A stretch of DNA of 63,797 bases, counting the filler, from Octopus bimaculoides (Eukaryota), in assembly GCF_001194135.2 (NCBI RefSeq). It is 4 parts of 4 records of this genome, joined end to end, with 100 filler letters (N's around TTAATTAATTAA, not from the genome) between each part and the next. Parts side by side here need not be neighbours in the genome. Positions count along the whole stretch, not along the records: positions 45,228 to 62,628 come from NC_068987.1; positions 62,729 to 63,797 come from NW_026313987.1; 2 more parts are not named here. One strand, given 5' to 3'. The notes beneath the pieces are model-generated. The model was not told where the DNA came from and did no database searches. It saw nothing but the letters and a program-made list of their open reading frames with translations. Position numbers and translations under genes: made by a program. Position 1 is the first letter of the stretch; each line of letters starts with the position of its first letter. Shown here in pieces: positions 55,905-63,797 of the stretch.

Positions 55905-56300
55905 TCATCATCATCATCGTTTTACGTCCACTTTCCATGCTGGCATGGGTTGGACGGTTTGACTGAGGACTGGTGAGCCAGAGGCTGCTAGAGGCTCAAT
56001 CTGATCTGGCAAAGTTTCTAAAGCTGGATGCCCTTCCTAACGCCAACCACTCCGAGTGTGTAGTGGGTGCTTTTACGTGCCACCGACACAAGTGCCAGTC
56101 AGGCGGCTCTGGCAACAACCACACTCAAAAGGTGATTTTACATGCTACTGCACGTGAGCCAGTCCAGCGGCACTGGCAACGACCACGCTCAAATATTGTT
56201 TTTCACATGCTACCAGCACTAGTGCCGGTAAAGCGACGCTGGCAATGATCACGCTCAAATGGTGCTTTTCACGCGTCAACAGCATGGGAACCAATCTGTG
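55905..56300 (+). mobile_element. Family 3 repeat starting at (CAT)n
   Basis: catcatcatcgttttacgtccactttccatgctggcatgggttggacgg... Confidence 0.8.
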
Positions 56301-57790
56301 GACCTGGCAACAATCAGGCTCGGATGTACTTTTAACATTCCACTGGCATGAGTGCCAATCAGACAGTACTGTCATCAACCATGTCAGAGATTTTGACTTG
56401 TTTACACTTGCCTCAATAGGTCTTTGCAAGCAAAGTGCATTGTCCAATGAATGAGGGATACTCATAAGTGGGTCAGTTACACACCATGTGTGGATGTGCT
56501 TCTATTGTTCCACTGCTAACCCTCATCTTACTGACAGCATCCCTGCACATGGCTTGCATAGCTCTCACTAACCATTCTTCTATCCCTAGTTTCTTCATTG
56601 ACCACCAGATAAGGGATTGGGGGACCCTGTCAAAGGCTTTCTCCATGTCAATGAAAGCCAGGTACAGAAGTTTATCTTAGGCTAGGTATTTCTCTTGTAG
56701 CTGTCTTACCAGAAATATAGCATCAGTGGTGCTTTTCTCTGGCACAAACCCAAACTGTGTCTCATCTAGACTGACTCTCTCCCTAATTAGTTGGGCTATG
56801 ACCCTCTCCGTGACCTTCATTACCTGATCTAATAACTTGATACCTCTGTAATTATTTGTATGTAAAGCGTCACCTTTACCTTTGTAGCAGTTGACTATGG
56901 TGCTGCTACATCAATCATTGGTTATGACTCCTTCGTGCATCACCTGGTTAACTATATGTGTGACTAGGCTATAGCCGACACCGCCAGATATTTTGTGCAT
57001 CTCTGCGGTGATTCCTGATGGTCGGGGGCTTTCCCTGTTTTCATACTCTTAATTGCTTTATCTACCAAGGTACTGGCAATTCGCATAGCTGGTCCCTCTG
57101 TTGGGTCGACATTCAGCAGACTTTCTTTCTCCCATTTATTCTCCTCCATGCTGGTCATCTTCTGGGCATACATTTAGCCCTGATCCTGAAGTCACTATCT
57201 ACTAGTCTATGTTGTTTTCGTACATTCTTCACCTGGGAAGGTTTTGGCATTTATAAGCAGCTATCTTTCCTTTTTCCTGGCAAGGATGTAGTCAATTTGG
57301 CTAGTGTGTCTGCCAGAATGGTAGGTGACAAGGTGACTGGCAGGTTTCCTGAAGTTAGTATTGCAGACCATAAGATCATTTGCATCACAGAACTCCAGTA
57401 GCCTGGCTCCCTCTTCATTGCGAGAACCAAAACCATAGCCTCCATGTAAGTCCCCTGAATGTTGTCCAACATTTCCATTGAAGTCACCAGCTACAAAGAG
57501 AAGGTCCCTGTTATTTATCAATGAGGTAGTCTTCAAGAGGGTGTCATAAAATCAGTCTTTCTGTCCATCAGGTAGCCCCGGCTGAGGGGCATAGGTCAAA
57601 ATAATGGTTGCTAACCCATGGTGAAGGACTAATCTAATCTTAAGTATTCTATCACATACTCTAACTACCTCGATTACTTTATCAACCCATTTCTCTGCAA
57701 GAAGTATACCCACACCCCTGACCTCATCAGTGTTCCCTGCCCAGAAAATCTTGTACCTGTGTTCTTTGCCTGTGAGGAACTGCCTCACTT
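56300..57790 (-). mobile_element. RTE-clade LINE fragment A (APE endonuclease plus partial RT, internally deleted)
   Basis: YKIFWAGN..GVGILLAEKW..YAPQPG..VAGDFNGNVG..SQIDYILARK; RT NYRGIKLLDQVMKV..QFGFVP..AFIDMEKAFDRVP. Confidence 0.92.
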
Positions 57791-59290
57791 TACTAACAGC
57801 ATCCCTCTACAGGTTTTGCACGGCTCTCACCAACCACTTGTCTATCTCTAGTTTCCACATTGATCACCAGATAAGGAATTGGGGGATCCTGTCAAAGGCT
57901 TTCTCCAAGTCAACAAAAGCGAAGTACAGAGGTTTATCTTTGGCTAGGTATTTCTCCTGAAGTTACCTTACTAGAAATATAGCATCAGTGGTGCTTCTAC
58001 CTGGCACAAAACCAAACTGCATCTCATCTAGGCTAACTCTCTCTGTAATTATTTGGGCTATGACCCTCTCTGAAACTTTCATCACCCCTATAGTTATTTC
58101 TATCTAAAGCAACACCTTTACCTTTCTAGCAGTTGAATATGGTGCTGCCACACCAGTCATTGGGTATGACTCCCTCATGAACTACCAGATTTATGATGTG
58201 GGTGACTAGATCATAATCCACACTGCCAGATAGTTTAAGCATCTCAGTAGTGATTCCTGATGGGCCAGGTGCTTTCCCTGTCTTCATTTCCTTAGTTGCT
58301 TTATCTACCAGGGTAATGTCAATTCCCGTAGCTAGTCTCTCAGTAGGGTCAACCTTTGGCAGAGTTTCCTCCTCCCATTCATTCTCCACTTTCAGCAGTC
58401 TTTCATAATGGCATCTCCAAGTCTCTTTCTTTGTGGAATCATTAAACACAAGTGCACCATCATCCACGCAAGACACATTTCTCTCCTATTACCTCATCAT
58501 TTTCTCTCACACACTGTCTTGCGATCCAAAATACTTCAGTTTGTTGGTCCTCACATTGCTGAGCATTGGCAAACTTCTTTTCTGCTACTCCCTTGGCTAT
58601 ATATACCTGCCTCCTGGCTTTCATTCTGGCTATCTGATACAGTTCCCTGCTACCCAAACTCTTTCAGGCCTTCCTGGCCTGTTTCTTTGCTCTAATGGCC
58701 CTGTCTACAGTATTGTTCCACCACTGTGTTACCATAAGTCTGGAAGGGAGTTTGCACCAGCCACAGATTTGGTCTGTGGCACTCAGCAAGCTGTCATACA
58801 GGAATTCCCAGTTGCCCTCTATGTCACAACTCTGTAGTTCTTCCTCCCTATCATCAAATTTCTCAGTAAGGTTATCCCTGAATCTCTGACCATGTGAAGG
58901 GTTCTTAAACTTCCAAGTCCTTTTTTCCAGATTGTTCTGCTTCTTGGAATCCTTCTGGCCTTGAGGCTAAAGTCACTAATAATTAGTCTATGTTGGGTGG
59001 TGCATTCTTCACCAGGGAGGGTCTTTGTATTTAAGAGCAACCTTGCATCCTGCTGTCTGGTGAGAATGAAATCAATCTGGCTTGCAGAGTCACCTGATTG
59101 ATAGGTTATCAGGTGGCTGGCTGGCTTCCTGAAATTGGTATTGCAGATCAATAGGTTATTTGTATCACAGAACACTAGGAACCTAGTTCCCTCTTCATTT
59201 CGGGAGCTAGTTCCATGACCCCCATATACACCATAGAAGAAACCAGGTTGCTGTCTGACATGCCCATTAAAATCTCCAGCCAATTTCAAC
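57791..59290 (-). mobile_element. RTE-clade LINE fragment B
   Basis: AGDFNGHV..SQIDFILTRQ; linker; KTGKAPGPSGITTEMLK; AFVDLEKAFDRIP. Confidence 0.9.
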
Positions 59291-59527
59291 TGCAGATTTT
59301 TTTCAACTAACATATAAAAGGTATGAATTTTCTATAAAAAATCATTCATGATAAATCCCTGAAAGGAAAGAAAGCACTAAATAAATAGTTCTTAACCAAA
59401 TTCTAACCACCTCCCTTTTCATAATATATAAAATCTGTACATCACTTCAGAAAATCTACACACACATACTTGTATACACTTCTATGCATGTACTTACATG
59501 TGTGTGTGTGTGTGTGTGCATGGTCGT

Positions 59528-59563
<36 letters not shown>

Positions 59564-61019
59564 CTACATTTCTGAAAAAGAATGCTGAAATCACTGTTGT
59601 TAACTTCCCATCAAAGATGTGTGAAATAAGTTATCCGTTTTTTGAAAAAGAAGTGAGAATTAGTGTCAGGAAGGGTAAGCATGGAAAACATACTAAAAGA
59701 AACAAAAATGAAAGGAAATATACACACACACACACACACATAATATATATGAGTTTAGAGGGATATATTATCTGGGCAGATACTGTGGTAGCTCTCAGTT
59801 ATATTCCAGGTAACAGCTAACTGCATCGATTCGTATTTAACATCTATGACTACTAGGAGTTGTCACTTATGCTGTAAATTCCTCCAATGGGTAATTCTGT
59901 GTTCACTTCTCTGGATGGTAATATTATCTGGAGTGTATATTAGCAATAACTATAATAATATCGAATATGGAGGCTTGTTCATCCTCAAAATTTACTTTTT
60001 TTATTTTCCAAGTTCATACAACATATTTTTATGGTTATTACAATCTACACATTTCCACTGCACAGTGTATGGGCAGTTGCACATGCAACTGAGCATAATT
60101 TTCTGTGCAGCTTCATTCAGTGTCTGTCCACCAGCTAGTCTTGAAGCAAACTGAATACAGTTAGTTGTTTGTTGGTTAGGGTTCAAGGGGGAGTGAAAGG
60201 AGGTTGTTTTGAATGTGAAATCTGATGTGTTTGTAAGCTTACGTGGTTGACCTCGGTTTCACACCAGATGCTGACTGAATTCAGGATTCTATCTAATTAG
60301 GTTGAGGTTAATGTTACTGTTTTGGAAGGTTCTGCTGTGCATTGTAGTAGTTGGGTACTTAATAACCTTTCTTTCAAGTGCAGTTCTTGTAATGTGATGT
60401 AACTCCTGAGAGAATGATGTATTTGCATATAGGGGCCAGCTCACTAAATTTAAAAAAAGACTAGATAACCATTTAAATTCATTTGGGGATAGAAGATGAA
60501 CAGCACAAGCCTAAGCAAACTCATCTGGTCCCTTAAGATAGGAACCATAGATATACAATGGAGTGGGAGATAATTAGTACAGCTAAACATTATCATACAA
60601 GAAGAGATAAATGTAAGTTATGTATAGAAGAAATATACTAAATTTTCACATTGAACCACAAGTTACTTAATAGAAGCTGGAACAGAGGTTGAGATGCTTG
60701 TATAAACATATGAAAACATTTAAGAAATTTAACAAATGTTCTAGATAACACACTATTCCACCCACAGCTGGACGGGATAGGAAGGATAGAAGCACATATC
60801 CCAAACTCCACAAATACATGACGTTGTCATAACCAACCTGGTATATATTCTACCTTCTACTACCCAGCACAAATACCATAGCCATGAAAATATGTGAATA
60901 ACTAAAAACATTACATTACAAGGATTACACTTGAAAGTAAGGTTATTAAGTACCTAACTCTTGGACACTACATCTGATGCCTCTTATATCCAATTTTTTC
61001 TCCTCTGATATAGTTGTAT

Positions 61020-61960
61020 CTCTTATGTGTCCATAGCTTGCACTGGGTGCATCTTATAGAGCTTCTCCTGACACCCTTTCTACCTATCAAGCAGGACCAG
61101 CTCTCTGAGGGTATCTGTGGTTTGTCTGTTTTCCTACTTGGCTAAATTAACTCTAAGGTCCTTTGAGTCCAGTCCGTTATAGCTTGGTGGACCATAATAA
61201 ACAAGGAGGCTAAGAAGTGATCCCTTGTGGACACCTACTTGTACAATAAACTCCTTGCTATACTCATTGGTGACTCTCACCTTATTGATAGCAGCCCAGT
61301 ACGTAGCTTGTACAGCTCTCACTAACCACTCATCTCTCCCTAGCTTCCGCATTGTCCACCAAATAAGGGAGCAGGGGACTCTGTCAAAGGCTCTCACCAT
61401 GTCAACAAAAGCCAAGTACAAAGGTTTATTTTTGTTTAAGTATTTCACCTGCAATTACCTTACCAGGAAGATGGCATCAGTGGTGCTTCTCCCATGCACA
61501 AATCCAAATTGCATCTCATCTATGCTAACTCTCTTTCTAATTAATTGAGCTATGACCCTTTCTGTGACTTTCATCACCTGGCCCAGCAATTTGATGCTTC
61601 TATAATTATTTCTATCTACTGTCAATTCAGATAGCCAGCCTCTCTGTTGGGTCCACATTAGGCAGGCTCTCCTCCCATGCTCTCCTTCTCTACATTTAGC
61701 AACCTTTCATAGTGGCACTTTCAAGCCTCTTTTGCAGAATCATTAATTACAAGTGAGCCATCATCCATGTTAACACATTTTTGTCTTACCACATCATAAT
61801 TTTCTCTGACACACTGTCTTGCAATCCAAAACACTTAAAGTCTCTGGTCTTCACATCGCAAAACATTGGCAAACTTCCTCCTTTCTGTTTCACCCCTGGT
61901 TAGGTATACCTGTCTTCTAGCCTCTCTCCTTAGCTACCTCATATAGTGCATACTCTACAC
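61020..61960 (-). mobile_element. RTE-clade LINE fragment C
   Basis: NYRSIKLLGQVMKV..QFGFVHGRSTTDAIFLVR..AFVDMVRAFDRVP..VGVHKGSLLS. Confidence 0.88.
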
Positions 61961-62628
61961 TTTATAGAGTATGCACACTGACATTACACATCCATCGGAG
62001 CATACTAGCTTCATTCCTTGCAAGCTTACGCATGTCTTCAGCAGTCATGGCCCATGTTTCACTGCCATGTAGCATGGCTGTTCATACACATGCTTCATAC
62101 AGTTTGCCTTTTACTCTGAGAAAGAGGCCCTTTGTCACCAGCAGAGGTAAGAGCTCTCTGGACTTTGCCCAGGTTATTCTTATTCTAGCAGCTACACTTT
62201 CAGAGCACCAACCCCCACTACTAACTTGGTCACCTAGGTAACGGAAGCTATCAACTACTTCTAGTTTTTCTCCCTGGAATGTGGCAGAAGTTGTTCTCTG
62301 CACATTTTCAGTTAACCTTCTTTTGATATTGCTGTACCTCTTATGTGTCCATAGCTTACACTGGGTACATCTTATAGAGTTTCTACCTACGCCTTTTCTA
62401 CAGATCGAGCAGGACCATCTACCTGAAGGGGTTTGTGTTTTGTCTACCTTCCGACTTATTAGGACTTTGGATTTAGGTAGGTTGACTCTAAGGCCCTTTA
62501 ATTCTAGTCCTTGCTTCCACACCTGAAACTTCTCCTCTAGTTCTGATAGTGACTCTGCAATTAGTGCAAGGTCATCAGCATAGAGAAGCTCCCATGGGCA
62601 TCCTGTCTTGAATTCCTCTGTTATTGCC
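61961..62628 (-). mobile_element. RTE-clade LINE fragment D (RT C-terminal half), cut by a scaffold join
   Basis: GCPWELLYADDLA (YADD motif); CSICRKGVGRNSIRCTQCKLWTH; FRYLGD. Confidence 0.92.
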
Positions 62629-62728
62629 NNNNNNNNNNNNNNNNNNNNNNNNNNNNNNNNNNNNNNNNNNNNTTAATTAATTAANNNNNNNNNNNNNNNN
62701 NNNNNNNNNNNNNNNNNNNNNNNNNNNN
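62629..62728. other. Artificial scaffold-join spacer
   Basis: 44 N, TTAATTAATTAA at 62673-62684, 44 N. Confidence 0.95.
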
Positions 62729-63582
62729 ATATATATATATATACATATATATATATAATATATATAGATAATATATAGACACCTAGAAAGACACTCATGC
62801 GCATATGTGTATAGAAACAACAACCAAATCTGACAGGCAAATTACGACCAAGAAAGCGAAAATATGACTGACACTTGCTATAACGTATTTCTAGATACAC
62901 TATGTCGGAACATAATAATTACTGGATCTGTAAGCTATTTAGAAAATTGCTATTGTTATTGTTAGTAAGTAAATCACAAATATAAATGTCTCAACTAAAT
63001 AATTTACAACATAATGAAATTCAGAGAATTAAATGCTATCTTTATAACTTCCTATTTATCTATGAAATATTTGAATTATTTCATTTAAGATGGCAGACGT
63101 TTAGATGGTATGAAATTTAATTAAAAATTATTCAATAATATTAGCAGTCTTTTAAAGTGATAAATATTTTGGAATCACGTTCTTCGTGTCTATATTAGAA
63201 ATTAGTTTTTAGAATTCTATAGAAATTGTTCAAAGTTTTATAGTTACTTGGTATGTGCTTTGGAAATCAACGTATTAAAGTTATTAGCACTTTCAAGTTA
63301 CCAAAGATTTTCTCTGGGCAATTGCTTTTGTCATTCTATTAGCAATAATACACAACAATTACACTATTCATTTCCACCACATAGCAAAGCACGTAGTTTC
63401 CTCCAAAGCCAAATTATTAACTCGTACTTAGTCGCCCACCCTACAAGAAATAACAGTTGGAACGTATAAAGATGCATCCTACCATTTACGAAAACGAAGG
63501 ATATTTCCCCTAATGATGTTAGACATACCAAATCAGTGTACGATCAGTTTACAAGAAATGTGGACGCCAAGACAGGACTTAC

Positions 63583-63797
63583 AAATACATAACAAAAACA
63601 CCAGGACTTACAAATATATATAACATACAGAAAATTGCACTACTGGGCACTGCACACATCCTACGCAAAACACTTTCAATACAGTAACCATAAGAGTATC
63701 ACAGCAAACCACAGCACATACCCAAGGCACACATAACTGCGTTCGGTATTATAAAAATAAAACTACTGAACAATAATAATAATAATAATAATAATAA
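63583..63797 (+). mobile_element. R4/Dong-like RLE non-LTR retrotransposon 3' end with (AAT)n tail
   Basis: KYITKTPGLTNIYNIQKIALLGTAHILRKTLSIQ* (63583-63687), a short 3' UTR, then aataataat. Confidence 0.75.

Overview
AT-rich, microsatellite- and transposon-dense eukaryotic DNA. The tRNA-derived SINE families and RTE LINEs suggest an octopus; this is inferred from repeat recognition, not from a search. Three identical 100-bp spacers (44 N + TTAATTAATTAA + 44 N) split the window into four joined pieces: 1-27657, 27758-45127, 45228-62628 and 62729-63797. CpG content appears to switch at these joins. The only host gene I can support is cystinosin (CTNS, minus strand). Two exons (52573-52713 and 49039-49138) splice in frame and match human exons 7 and 8; I could not find the remaining exons. 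The rest is decayed mobile DNA: RTE, CR1/L2-like, Penelope and RLE-type retrotransposons; Tc1, mariner, pogo/Tigger, hAT and Helitron transposons; MITEs; SINEs; and simple repeats. Most ORFs in the supplied track are artefacts of microsatellites or N-runs. I found no convincing novel multi-gene system. The most interesting signals are a cluster of RLE retroelement 3' ends, a methylation footprint in paired repeat copies, stacked SINE arrays, a local templated duplication and a CpG-retaining patch upstream of CTNS exon 7.
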